Source: the human T2T-CHM13v2.0 reference genome, Homo sapiens. Taken from it: a DNA stretch of 64,000 nucleotides. A program made the translations under genes and the position numbers. Below the pieces are notes generated by a model, which was not told the origin of the DNA, ran no database searches, and was given only the letters and a program-made list of their open reading frames with translations. Shown here piece after piece: positions 39,964 through 55,059 of this stretch. The stretch lies in NCBI RefSeq assembly GCF_009914755.1, contig NC_060936.1. One strand, given 5' to 3'. Within the stretch, counting starts at the first letter, position 1. Every line of letters starts with the position of its first letter.

Positions 39964-40889
39964 TTTCTTTTTGTTTTTTTTTCTTTTTTTTTTTTTTTGA
40001 CAGGGTCTTGCTTTGTTACCCAGGCTGAAGTGCAGTGGCACGATCTCAGATCATTGAAACCTCTGCCTCCTGGGCGCAAGTGATCCTCCACCTGAGCCTT
40101 CTGAGTAGCTGGGACCACAGGCACAAGCCACTACGCCGAGCTAATTTTTGTATTTTTAGTTTGTTTGTTTGTTTGTTTGTAGTGACAGGGTTTTGCCATG
40201 TTGCCCAGGCTGGTCTCGAGCTCCTGAGCTCAAGCAATGTGCCCATCTCAGCCTCCCAGAAAGTGCTGGTATGGCAGGCCAGGTCCACTAACGCAGGCCT
40301 CCATAACAACTGTTTCAGTACTGACTGAGTGGTTAAATTAAATATTAAAATCCAGTACCCTTATGCAAAGGCTGGAATGTAACAAAAGCCCACCAAGAGT
40401 TTTGCCTAGGCCTTTCCTGAACCTTAAAGCATGATTAAACAAGTTTATTGGGAGTCTGAAGGAACTCCCCAAACCTCCATGATTTAGCAGGAGACAAGAT
40501 AAGGATAATCACCCCAGCACCTGCACCCATTTAGATTAATTTACTGACGCTCCACAGGAAGGTCTTCAAGACTCAGACCTTAGTTATAGACGGAAAGAAG
40601 TTAATCACCTACGTCTTTAGATGAATGCACACTTACATATAGACATATAGCTTAGAAGGTATATAAGCTCTGGAAAACTTTGTAATTTTGAGTTGGTCTG
40701 GTGATAATTTCCAGGCCTTCTCCTTAGAAAAAAATAAAGGTCCCTATTCCTGTAACCGGTTACAGAAATAAAAACTCGCTTCCTCCCCAGTTCACCTGCA
40801 TCTCATTATTGGGCCACGAGAAACAGCAGCCTGACCCTCACTTTGGTCCAAGAACACTGGGATTACAGATGTGAGCCACCATGCTCAGC
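39964..40889 (-). mobile_element. AluJ split by an LTR insertion
   Basis: Alu stops at ...aagtgctgg (40269) and resumes ctgggattacag... (40857-40889). Confidence 0.9.
40270..40856 (+). mobile_element. ERV1-class solo LTR (LTR15-like, tentative)
   Basis: 4-bp TSD CTGG; ends in CA; TATATAA 40660; AATAAA 40767. Confidence 0.85.
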
Positions 40890-41283
40890 TAAATCAAACT
40901 TATTTCTATATATTGGTCCACAGCAATGTTCATGATTGATAAATGACCAGTCTTACTGTGGCCACCAGGTCTGTCAGGATCTTGATCCTGCTTACCATTC
41001 CCATCTCATACTTCATTCTTCCCCCAAAGCACTCTGTCCTTGGACTGCACCTTCACATCAGCCTATCTCACAACTCCACTTCTTCGCTTTTGTGTTATTT
41101 CTCCAGAAACATGTTGCTCCTCTTTGCTTTCTCCACATTCTGCCTAGAAAACTCCCTGACGCAACCTGCAGTAGTTGGCAAAGTGAGAACATGTCGGGTA
41201 GACCCGGGAGGTGAATTGAAGGGGTAGGCAGGGACTCGACTTGAAAGAACCTCACATGCCTTGAGAAGGAGCTTGGAACTTAC

Positions 41284-41370
41284 CTTTAAGGCTGCAAGAA
41301 GTCGACGAGTCTTAACTGGGATATGCATGGTCGGTACTTGTCTTTTAGAAAGATTTCTCTGTGGCAGCAT
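41284..41370 (-). CDS. LTA4H: Alternative upstream first coding exon of LTA4H (MLPQRNLSKRQVPTMHIPVKTRRLLAALK)
   Basis: 29 codons ending in consensus donor AAG|GTAAGT, phase 0 like exon 2; I recall this peptide as an annotated alternative LTA4H N-terminus. Confidence 0.8.
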
Positions 41371-41473
41371 GGGAGACAGATTAGAGGAGGTGTAGACAGG
41401 AGGAGAGAAAATAAACTCCCAAGCCCATGCATCCTCTTGCCCTCTTCCCTTGTTGCTTTAAAAGACAAACATG

Positions 41474-41618
41474 CGCCTGTAGTCCCAGCTACTCGGGAGG
41501 CTGAGGCAGGAGAATGGCGTGAACCCCGGGGGGCGGAGTCTGCAGTGAGCTGAGATCGAGCCACTACACTCCAGCCTGGGCGACAGCGAGACTCCGTCTC
41601 AAAAAAAAAAAAAAAAAA
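41474..41618 (+). mobile_element. 5'-truncated young AluY (Ye-like) right arm
   Basis: 14-bp TSD AAAAGACAAACATG; pure A tail; GAACCCCGGGGGGCGG and GACAGCGAGAC variants. Confidence 0.92.
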
Positions 41619-41986
41619 AAAAGACAAACATGTAGTTCTTTTCCATTTAGAGAGTTTTATTGGTGATTATTATAGGAAAACAGACTGGAGAGAGAATAAA
41701 AGTAGGCGCTGCAGCAATTCTCAGGTGAGAGATGATGGTGGCTTGGACCCAGGAATCAGCAGTAGAATTAGTAAGAAGTGATCAAATTCAGCATAAATTT
41801 TGAAGGCAGACCTACTAGGATTTCTTGGCAGTTTAGATATGGAGTATGAGGGAAAGGGAGGAGTCAAAGATAATGCCAAGACTTTTGACCTGATAAACCA
41901 GGAAAATGTAGTAGGATTAGCTGAGAAGGAGAGATTGTGGGAGAAGCAGACTGGAGTGGGCGAGGGTAAATTCAGGAGTCCAATCC

Positions 41987-42137
41987 TTTTTTTCCCCTTA
42001 ATTTTATTTACTTATTTATTTAGAGACAGCGGTCTTGCTATGTTGCCCAGGCTGGTCATGAACTCCTGGCCTCAAACCATCCTCCTGCCTCAGCCTCTCA
42101 AAGTGGTGGGATTACAGGTGTGAGCCACTGTGCCCAA
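41987..42137 (-). mobile_element. Alu monomer (FLAM/AluJ)
   Basis: Left-arm reverse complement. Confidence 0.85.
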
Positions 42138-43223
42138 CTCAATCTTTCACATATTCAATCTGAGGTGTCTGTGATTCGAGTGGAGGTGCTGAGTAGGCAG
42201 TTGGACATATGAGTATGAGTCCAGAAGAAAAGCTGGAACTGGGCTGGAGATACACATTTGGGAGTTCAGCATGTGGATGGCACAGGGGGAAGAAGAGACG
42301 CTAGCTATGGAGACTGGAAAGGAATGGCCTCGATGAAGAAGGAAAACCAAGGAAGTCCGTGTCTTGGATGACAAGTGACATCTGGAAAAATAAAGGAGCA
42401 GTGTGGTCAGGGAGCCTGATGAAATTCTGACTATGGATGACTCACTGTTTTGTGTAAAAAGGGGGAAGAGAATTTATTCTAAAAATTTGTTCATATCTAC
42501 ATAAAATACTTCTGGAGGGATGCTCAAGAAACTCATGGTATTGTTTGCCTGTGTGGACAGAGAAGGAAGGCCAAAGAACAGAGGTGAAAAGTAGATATTT
42601 CAACTGAATAATCTTGTAAGCCTTTTGAATTTTAATGTGAATATATTTCCCAGTCAAAAGGTTATTTATTGATATGAAAAAAAATAAAGGTCACTGGAAT
42701 CCCAAACCACAAACAAAAACAGCCCTTGCTGACTTCCTGTGGACTTCATAGTGTCTACCACTGGCCCCACGGGGCTCTGCAGCTTCCACTTGAGTGGCTC
42801 GATACACCCTGCGTCAGCCATGCTGAACCAAGGTGTTCAAGCTCTCTGCACTCTCTTGCCCTTCCTTGAGCCTGCATGCCCTTCCCACTCCCACTCTTCC
42901 CGCAACCTTGGCAGGGCTCTCCTCCTCCCCTTCAGGACTCTGCCCCCCACCACCCTCCAGTCTGGCTAGAGTCTAGTAGAATCTCCCTTGCTAAGAGAAC
43001 AAGGTGCATGTGACACCCTTCTCTTCCTCCCTTCAGTGTGTGAGCAAATAGAAGAAATGATTTTAGCCACATTTTTAATGTTCACCTTACAACATAGTTG
43101 AGGCAATCCTGACCAGTTTCTCCATCTTCTGTGAAATTTCTTCTTCCTTGTGCAGCCATGCGCATGAATTCTATATTTATAGTCACATCTCCAGTCTGTT
43201 CTGCGTGTCAAGAAAAGGTTTGG

Positions 43224-43527
<304 letters not shown>

Positions 43528-43856
43528 CCCAAGGTTTGGGCAGCTGGGAAGGCCAAAATGAAAGAAGCACGAGAAAAAGTTCTGCCAATTTTGTAAAATA
43601 GCATAAGTGGTCTCCTCCCAGATGCCTTTCTGGCACCCCACCCCACCCCATGGTTGACCGCAGGCAGAGTCTGGAAAGCCCCACAGCCACCCGTGTTTCC
43701 TCCCACACAGTTCTGTCTTTTATTTCTCGGCTTGTGTCCTTGGGAGGGACTGGCCTGAACCAAATAGGCTGTCACGCTGTCCTGAGTTGGAGCCAGACAG
43801 TGCCAACCATCACATGGCCTTCTCTCTTAGGTCTCACAAAGTGTGTTTGAAGATCA

Positions 43857-44291
<435 letters not shown>

Positions 44292-44799
44292 TTATTCAGA
44301 TCCCCAGGAGATCTGTGTGCATTTTAAATGAGATCACTGCCTTAGAGGCTCAAGAAATACTTTTGGCATTGGAGAAAATTCAGTCCAAGTGTTAATCAAA
44401 CATGTCAGGACTCCTTCTCTTAGGGTCCACTGCCCTTGACCGCCATATCAGTACTCTCTTAATACCCTAGTGTTATCCTCAACAAAGCATTTACCACACT
44501 GCATCATTGTCAGTTTACTTGTCAGCCTTCCCTACTACATGGTGGGTCTTTAAGACCCTGATTGTATATTCTCCCTCTCAGCACATGTCTGTTGTATGAA
44601 TGAACAAATGTATAAATGAGCGAATGAGATTTCACATGAGGTTCCAGGCAAACTTTTATTCAGTGTTTCACTCTGTGTTGACTTTGCAGCAAAGAAAAAG
44701 CCACCTTCTGCACTTGCCCTTGTCCTCTGATGTCACCAGGCAATGTTTGTTTGTGATACAGAATGCCCTTGCCAGCCCACCCCCCCACTAATTGTAAAC

Positions 44800-45340
44800 A
44801 CTTTTAAAAACATTGTTATTGAAGCATACTATCCATTCATAAAAATGCACATATTGTAAGTGTATAGCTCACTGAACTTTATAAACTGAGCATGCCAGTG
44901 CAATCAGCACCCAGATCAGAGACAGAACATTACCACCACTGCACTGTTGCCTCCCTTAAGTTCCGTTTCAGTCTCTATAAATCCTGCTTCCTAGGGGTAA
45001 CCACTGCCTGACTTCCAATAGCATATTACCTTGACCTGTTCGGCTATTTATCTTTCCTTTGCATAAACAGACACATACAGTATATTCTGTCATGCCTGGC
45101 TCCTTGGCTCAACATTCCTTTTGCAAGATTTCTCCATAATGTTGTGTGTACATCTAGGCTGTGCACACTCACTGCTGTACAGTGTTCCATGTGTGGATAT
45201 ACCATGATTTACTTATCCTTTCAACCGTGGATAGACATGTGGGTGATTTCCAGTTCTGAGTTATTATTATGAATGGTGCTGCTATGGATATTCTGGTACG
45301 TGTCTTTCGGTGAACACATTGTAGCCAGGTTTTGACATGC
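44800..45340 (-). mobile_element. L1M 3' fragment
   Basis: gatggacat-type and gctgctatggatattctggtacgtgtcttt motifs. Confidence 0.75.
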
Positions 45341-46415
45341 TGCTTTGAAGTTTAGACAGTTGCACCCTGCCAGGAGATTTCCTTTAAGACCCCTGCACCA
45401 GGCCAGAAACATTCACTGCATTGCAGCAACCTGATTCTGTAGTTGTTGACACAAATCCAACACCCTTCTCCCTACCCCAGCTTGGGTAGGGGTTAAAAGT
45501 AGATGAAGTAGGGAGGGAAGCTGTTTTCAAGTTACAAGAAAAAGTTCTTTACAACTGCTGGCCTTGTTCATACTTTATTTTCCTCTCACTCACTTCCGTT
45601 TCTTTTCCAGGTAAGCCTGATTGCAAGCTTCATTGTACCTGTTTCTTTCTGACTCAGATTCCAGCTCAGCTTACATTTTTCCCACTAAGTAGGCAGTGAT
45701 ATTTCATCACAGCAGGTACTTACACCTTTTGTTCTGATGACTTAAAGCACAAGTAGGTTTTGATAAGTGCTTGCAGGGTTTCATTTTCAAAAGTCCTATT
45801 TCTGTGTCATATTTGTTGGCTTTGAGCCCAGTTTCTCTTGCTCTGCCAACAGAGCAGGTTATGCCTATTTGCTCATGGAAATAACATTTTCATGAGCAAA
45901 GGCTAACCCCAAATGCTTTCCTCCTAAACGTTCTTCTCATCTACAAATCCATGTTTGAGGAACTATTATTTTGTCATTTCTTACAAAAGGTTTTTATTTG
46001 AAATTCAGAATTGAGTAAACCCATGGAAGAGACTCACATGGTTGACTCACTCTCTGCCCTCTCCTGCACATGTGTCTCAGGATTTCTTAAATCCAGCCGA
46101 GCACTTCCGCAAACCTCCCAGACCTGACCTCCTCCTCCCTTCCAAGCTGCTCCCCTTGGCTTCCAAAGCAGCCCCCTTCTCCTTTCTTCCTCACACACAC
46201 ACTGCACCCCACTCAGCTCTATCCAACCAATGCACGGTCCTGGAAGGCCCTCCATACCCACTTCTCTCACCTCTGCTCAACTGCCCCCTTTCGCCATAGA
46301 TATATTCCCAGTGTATTTTTCTCTCTTTTGGTTATTAATTCTTCTGAACATGAACTTCACATACCTATGTATGTATGTATGTATGTGTATGTATATACAC
46401 ATACATATATACATG

Positions 46416-47046
46416 CAGTTAATCCTCATTATTCATGGATTTGGTGTTTACAAGTTTGCCTACTTGCCAAAATTTATTTGTTATTCCAAAATCAATATTT
46501 ACAGAGCTTTTGTGGTCACTCTTGGACACACTCAGAGCTGTGAGAAATTTGAGTCTCCGGAGGCACACAGTCTCAACTGAGGTTAAACAAAGTGACCCTC
46601 TGCCTTCCTGCTTCTGCGCTTATACTGTAAACAAGTGTCCTTTTTGCAGTCTAATGTCACCTTGTTTACACATTTTTGTGCTTTTCGTTGGTGATTTTGC
46701 AGTTTAAAATATTCCCCAAGTGGGTGCTGAAGTGCTGTCTAGGGTTAAGCGCAAGAAGGCTGCGATGTGTTTAGGGACAAAGTGTGTGTGTTAGATAAGC
46801 TGCATCAAGCATGAGTTACAGTGCTGTTGGCTGTGATTTCAATGTTAATGAATCAACTATATATTACAAAAGTGTCTTGAAACAGAAAAACATATACAAT
46901 GAGATTTTGTATTGATTGATGAAAATGTGAACAGAGGCTCTCAGGAACCTACTATATTTCCCCTGGGAGCAAAGGTTCAGGATTCACTAATGCAATGTTT
47001 ATGAACTTTCTAAGATATAATTACTGCAAATCATGAGAATCGACTG
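46416..47046. mobile_element. TcMar-Tigger element (MER82-like)
   Basis: TIRs CAGTTAATCCTCATTATT / TCATGAGAATCGACTG followed by TA. Confidence 0.8.
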
Positions 47047-48267
47047 TATATATTTCTTGTCCTTCTGGTTAATTTGTATTTGTTTCTTTATACCTTTCTC
47101 ACTCTGTTCCCAAAGAAGTGGAGAGGGGCAGTTTCTTCCAGGTATACCTTACAATTCTGTCGTCTCTATTGCAGCCCCCAGCTCAGTACAAACAACATAG
47201 TAGGTCCTCAAAAGATTCAAAAGGAATAAAAGACAGGAGTGGAGAAAGGAAGGAACAAAAGAAGGAACGATGGCAGAACGAAAAGACGCACCATGGAAGC
47301 TGAGGGTGCTGCTTATCTAAGCGGGCGTGGCTTCCCAGAACTTCTCATCTCTCACTCCTTAAATGCTTCCTCTTTATTTCATTGAATCATTGAACTAGAA
47401 TAATATAATATCAGAAATCAAGTTATATTTTATGATAGATTTGGCTTTTTCTGCTGCTCTTTGCAAAATCTAACAAAACAAACCTTCCAGTTTCTTTGAT
47501 TTTTTTTTCAAACTTTTCTTCTCCCTCTCCTCACCCTCTACTCCTTGATCTTCACTTGGAGAAGGACAATTCTAGAATTCCTGAACTCTAGGCCAAAAGG
47601 AAGTGGGCAATCATGGCAAGCATAAACACATCCATGGCAAGTTATCAGACACCTTTTGTGGGTACTAAACAGCAGGGATGCCCACTTGTCCCTTGGAAGT
47701 TTGCAAACATACTGGGAAAATGGGGACTATAAAATTAAACCACCAAAGATCAGTGTGGGAGACTGAATAATTAAAGGGTATCCAGGTGGACCAGTCACAA
47801 ACGCTGTAGGAGCTCAATGGAGACATCAGTGGGCATCTTCCTGGAAGCAGTGAGGCTTGCATGGAAATAAAAAACAGGGGGTTCTAATTTTTGTTATTGT
47901 TCACCAATATCAGCAAAAAAGGTGGGCACACCCTCAATAAATGTTTGCAAATTCTTTACATGTGCTAATTAATCATATCTTAAGATGCAAAATACATTGA
48001 GGGCAAGGTTTACTCTTAACAATGGTCAATGTAAATCCTTACTTTAAATAAGCATCTTATAATTATGATTTGCATGGGGGGCACATTTTGTCAGATCTTA
48101 TTTGTCATCATTATTTTGTTTTGTTTGTTAATACACTCATCTTATCTTGGAGTAGGAGAATTATTAGGTCTGTTAATCTTTCTTGTTGCTCACTGTTATT
48201 TTGCTATGGCAGCTCAAGCTGAGACAGAAATTGGTACCAGGATGGGTGCTGCTATAACAAATGTATA

Positions 48268-48720
48268 AAAATAGCAAAGACGTGGAATCAACCTAGGTGC
48301 CCATCAATGATGGATTGGAAAAGAAAATGTGGTACATATACACAATGGAATACTATACAGCCATAAAGAAGCTGTCCTTTGCAGCAACGTGGATGCAGCT
48401 AGAGGCCATTATCTTGAGTGAATTAACACAGAAACAAAATTAAATACTGCATGTTTTCACTTATAAGTGGGAGGGAGATAAACACAGGGTACACACAGGC
48501 ATAAAGATAGAAACAATAGACACAGGGGACTCCAAAAGGGGAAAGGGAAGGAGGGAGGAAAGAGAGTTGAAAAACTACCTATTGGGTACTATGTTCATGT
48601 TCACCATTTGGGTGACAGTTCAGCAGAAGCCCAAACCTCAGCATTAGGCAATATATTCATGTAACAAACCTGTACATGTACCTCCTGAATCTCAAATTAA
48701 AATAATACTACTACTAATAA
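48268..48720 (+). mobile_element. L1 3' end nested in the MaLR internal region
   Basis: aatagcaaagacgtggaatcaacctaggtgcccatcaatg...gtaacaaacctgtacatgtacc. Confidence 0.9.
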
Positions 48721-49371
48721 AGACCAAAGTATTTCAGAGGGAGGAAGAATTTGCATGGTGAAATTTGCGTAGTGAAATTGGCATCCATATGGTGCATAAG
48801 GGATATCTTTGGATCTTCTGAATTACATTATATACATTTTTTAAATTAAAATAAATTCTAAAAATGTGGAAGCAGTAATGATGCAGGGTGATGGGTGAAG
48901 GCTAAAAGAGTGTTGAGATACATGCTACAAAAAGCCAAGGTTGCTGTGAAAAAATTGCTAAAGATGATTCTGGTGAGGACTCAAAAAGAGCTTCTGTCTT
49001 CCTTCTTTGAGGATGCGTAAACAATCGTGAACAGAATGCTAGCAGAAATATAGGTGGCAAAGGCTATTCTGTGAGGCCTCAGATGGAAATGAGGAACATG
49101 TTATTGGACAATGGAGAAAATCCTTTTTATAAAGTGGCAAATAACTTACTGAATTGTTTATGTTCTAGTGTTTTGTGGACGGTAGAACTTTCAAACAATG
49201 AAATTGGATAGTTGGCTGAGGCCATTTCTAAGCAGAGTGCTGAAAGAGCAGCTTGGTTCCTCTTGACCACTGATAGTAAAATTTAAGAAGAGAGAAATGA
49301 ATTGAAGAAGAAATTGTTAATCAAAAAATAACCAGCACTTAAAGATTTGGAAAATTCTTAGCCTGTCCTTA

Positions 49372-49665
<294 letters not shown>

Positions 49666-51258
49666 TTATTCCAGGAGAAATAATGCTTTAGTCCCCTGCC
49701 AGTTGGGACTAAAAGGAAAAGAGAAAACAAGATGGAATGAAGTAAGGCTGTGAATATGCAATACCCTTCAGGAAAAGAGAGGAAGGATCCCAAAGGCAAT
49801 TCAGACATCATCAGGGCTGCTACTCCCACCACAGGCCCAGAGTGGAAAGGCCCCTGGGAACAAGGCTACCTCCATCTTGGTTTCAAAGAGTGGGACTGCT
49901 ACTCAGCACTCATGTGGGTGTGGCCCTCACAGACAGCCATGTGGGCAGTGCTACACTGAGCTGAAGAAGCAGGGACACCCCACTGAAAGATGGGGGTGAT
50001 ACCTTCCAGTGGTTCTGGAAGGGAGGACCACCACCCCAGTGGGCCTACAGGGCAGAGCATTCTTTGAGCCAAAGAGGATTGTATTTCAGTTTTAAAGCCT
50101 AATGAAGTTTGACTTCTAGATTTTGGATTTCTTGGTACTTGTCACCCCTTTCTACCTTTCAATTTCTCCCTTTTGGAATAGGAATATCTATCCTGAGCCT
50201 GTTCCATCATTGTATTTCGGAAGCACATAACTTGTCTGGTTTCACAGATTCACAGTTGGAAAGGAATTTTGCCTTAGGGTGAATTTTGAGTCTCACTCAT
50301 ATTGGATTTACATGATATTTAGATGAGACTTTAAACTTTAGAGTTGATGCTGGAATGAGTTGACTTTTGAGACTGTTAAGATGGAATGAATGTATTTTAA
50401 ATGCAAGGAGGATGTGAATTTTGAGAGGGACAAAGGGCAGAATATTATGAACTAAACGTTTAAGTCTCCCCCAAATTCATATATTGAAGCCCTAACCCCC
50501 AATGTGAGGGTATTACGAGGTGAGGTCTTTGGGAGGTAATTAGGTTTGGATGAGGTCATGAGGGTAGATCCCTTGTGATGGAATCAGTGCCCTTATAAGA
50601 AGAAGAGAGACTAGAGCTTCCTCTCTCTGCCATGTGAAGATACAGCAAGAAGGTGGCCATCTGCAAGCCAGGAAAAGGGGCCATGGCAAACACTGAATGT
50701 GCTCACAGTCTGAACTTGAACTTGTCAGCCTCCAGAATTGTAAGAAATGAATATCTGTTGTTTAAGCCACCCAGTCTATAATATTTTGTTTTGGCAGCCT
50801 TAGCTGACCCAGGCACTCACTTATGCTTACATTCTAACTTCTAAATTAAGGCTGCAATATATGAAACATGATCATAGAACTTGTAATTATCTGAGGATCC
50901 AGAAAAATCACGAGCCTGCACAAGGTTTATCCAGAGGCAGAGGAAATACCAGTTCACTGAGAAAAATTAAAGGGACAGTAGAAGAATAAAATATAGTTGT
51001 TTATAATTGTATGTTACAAATTATGTTTGTGAAGCCAGTTACATAAATAATCTTAAAGATTTAATAGTTTCTGCCTGCATCCAAATAATTGCCATGTGCC
51101 TATGTCCATACGCCTATGTCCATACTACTTTGGAAACCTCTAATGAATGAATGTGTAAAGTTTGGATGGGTATTTGAGAGGGAAAATACTTCTTATGAGG
51201 TTGACAGTTATAAGCAAAGTTAGGAACAAAAAGCAAATTCAGAAAAAAACTCATCTTT

Positions 51259-51592
51259 TGTTATGGTCTAAATGTTTGTGTCACCCCCAAAATTTATATG
51301 TTGAAATCCTAACCCCCAAGTTGATGGTATTGGCAGATGGGGCCTTTGGTGAATGGAATTTGTGCTCTTACAAAAGGGACTTCAGAGAGCTTGTATGCCC
51401 TTCCACCATGTGAAGACACAGGAAGAAGGCACCATCTATGAACCAGAAAATGGGCCCTCACCAGACATCACATCTGCTGGCATCTTTATCAAGGACTTCT
51501 CAGCCTCCAAAATTGTGAGAAATAAATTTCTGTTGTGCATAAGCTACCCAGTCTATGGTATTTTGTTATAGCAGCCTGAATGGACTAAGACA
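51259..51592 (+). mobile_element. MaLR solo LTR (MLT1A/MSTD-like)
   Basis: tgttatggtctaaatgtttgtgtc...gcagcctgaatggactaagaca. Confidence 0.85.
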
Positions 51593-53029
51593 CACTTATT
51601 GAACCCCCACGTGTTTTTCTGAAGAATGAATGCCTCACATTTTACACAAGATGTCTGTGTGCACTGGGGCCGTCTAGTCTACCCTGGCCTGGTGATCAGG
51701 GCAGGGAATCATTGAAGTTTCCCATTCTCTAAAAGTGGAGGAAATGGCAGCCATGGGGAAGCTGCCTTCTGCTAACACAATTGAGCCGTGAAAACAATAT
51801 ACAACTATTTTTGTTATATTCCAGTGGTCACACAGAGCAACCCCAATACAATAGGAGGGCACACCACAAAGCCATGAGTACCAGGAGGGGTGATCACTGG
51901 GAGACTCCTTGGAAGCTGGCTGCCACTGTGAGGCATTATCTCTGTTTCACAGAGGAGAAACAGAAGCTCCAATAAATAATTGCTCAAGTCAACTCAACTT
52001 GGAACAGGCAGGTCTGGGGTTCAAACCCAGACAATGAGACCCCAGAACACATCCTTTTAGAGCACTGCCCTATACCCTGGCCTCACCACAGGCCTTTTTT
52101 TCTAACTTCCTCTCTTCCCCTCACCGCGCAAAACATTGCAAATGAGATTTTTCCTTTTTCTTAGACCATTTCAAAAGTCATTGTTACTTAAGGGTGGAGG
52201 TTGGAAGATTTCCAAAGAATAAAATATACAGAGAATATCTAACCAAAGTTCCTAACACATACACAATTCAGAAAATGTAACTCACAGACAAGGGATAACA
52301 AGACCATTGACCCAATTTCAGAGCTTGACGTTTACAAAATGAACACAAGGCAGTGTGGGTTGTATGCGCGTTCTGTTCAGTTTCTCTCCTTTGGGGTTGT
52401 TTGGGTCAGCCTGTTGTCTCATGAGACTGGGTGGGCTAAATTGAGCAACATTTTGCTATAATAAGTCTGCAAGATTAGACCTTAGGCAACAAAAGCCGGA
52501 AGGAGAAACTACATTTCCTATAAAATGTGGAACTGTGGGATAACAGTGTAACAACACTATGACTACAAACAGGGAAATTTATATATGAGAAGGAACTGGA
52601 TTGTATGTTACCTATATAAATGATCATGAGAAAGTCATGTTGTTCTTTTGTTGTGATCTTTTAAACCAAATTTATAGTGCATTGAACCAAGTAATTGTAG
52701 GCCATTATTTTAAAGTAGGTTGTAGCACAGCATGAATTAATAATCACACCAATTTTATTTTACTTCATTGGATTTATTTAGCAATTGTTTTTAGCACTTC
52801 CTATATCCCAGGCCCTCTTCTACGCACTTTAAATGTATTAACACATTTCAATTAATCCTGGCAACAGCCTGAGAGGTAGGTACTATTACTATTCCCATTT
52901 TACAGATGGTGAACTGAAGCATGGTGCAATTAAGTAAGCAGCCAAGATTCAACCGGAATTCAAACCAAGCAATCAGGCTCCACAACCTGCCTTTTTAATC
53001 TGGCTCTCTGCCTTGTGCAAAAAGATGGT

Positions 53030-54402
<1,373 letters not shown>

Positions 54403-54655
54403 GATGGACACATAGTTTATTTTCTTTTGTGACTCTGCATAGGCCATTCTTGCCACTGGGACCCCTTCCCTCCCAATCCTCCTGGCTTTCCCTGCCTGTC
54501 AGCAAACTCCTGCTCCTTTTTCAAGCATCAACTCGGATTTACCCTCTGCTGTGATGTCTTCTGTGACTCACATGCAGATTTAGGCACCTGTTTATTGTGT
54601 TCTCAATATATCTTACCCATACTATAGAAATATTTGTTGTTTTTTATCTACCTAG

Positions 54656-55059
54656 TGTTAAATTAAATAAGCACGAGGCCATTGGCCAGAGGCCCTCTCC
54701 ATATTTTGAGTTTCTGTGGAACAAACAGCAACCTAATAGTATGTAAACAAACTGAAACCTAATTTAGGAGTATATTTTTGTAACATATAGCCTGGTTTCA
54801 GCCAATCACAGAGAAGCTTCAGCCAATAATAAGCATCCAATTGATGAGACCACGCCCAATAAGGCAGATGCCTAGCTGTTGCCGATCAAGTGGTTTCTCT
54901 ACATTGCTTTTGTGTTCACCCTAGAAAAGCTCATTGCTCACACTGCCAAGTGGAGTTTTCTGAACCTCTTCTGGTTCTGAGTGCTGCCTGATTCATGAAT
55001 CATTCTTTGCCCAAATAAACTCTGTTAAATTTAATTTGTCTAAACTGTTTCTTTTAACA
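54656..55059 (+). mobile_element. ERV1-class solo LTR (MER34-like, tentative)
   Basis: TG...CA ends; 4-bp TSD CTAG; several CCAAT boxes; AATAAA near the 3' end. Confidence 0.82.

Larger units (their letters stand above)
41200..42300. mobile_element. L2 fragments (interrupted by Alus)
   Basis: ttttagaaagatttctctgtggcagc; gtgagagatgatggtggcttggacc; agggaaagggaggagtcaaagataatgccaag. Confidence 0.75.

Noticed and set aside
51098-51125. 14-bp tandem repeat GCCTATGTCCATAC x2
   Set aside because: Ordinary slippage duplication in intergenic DNA
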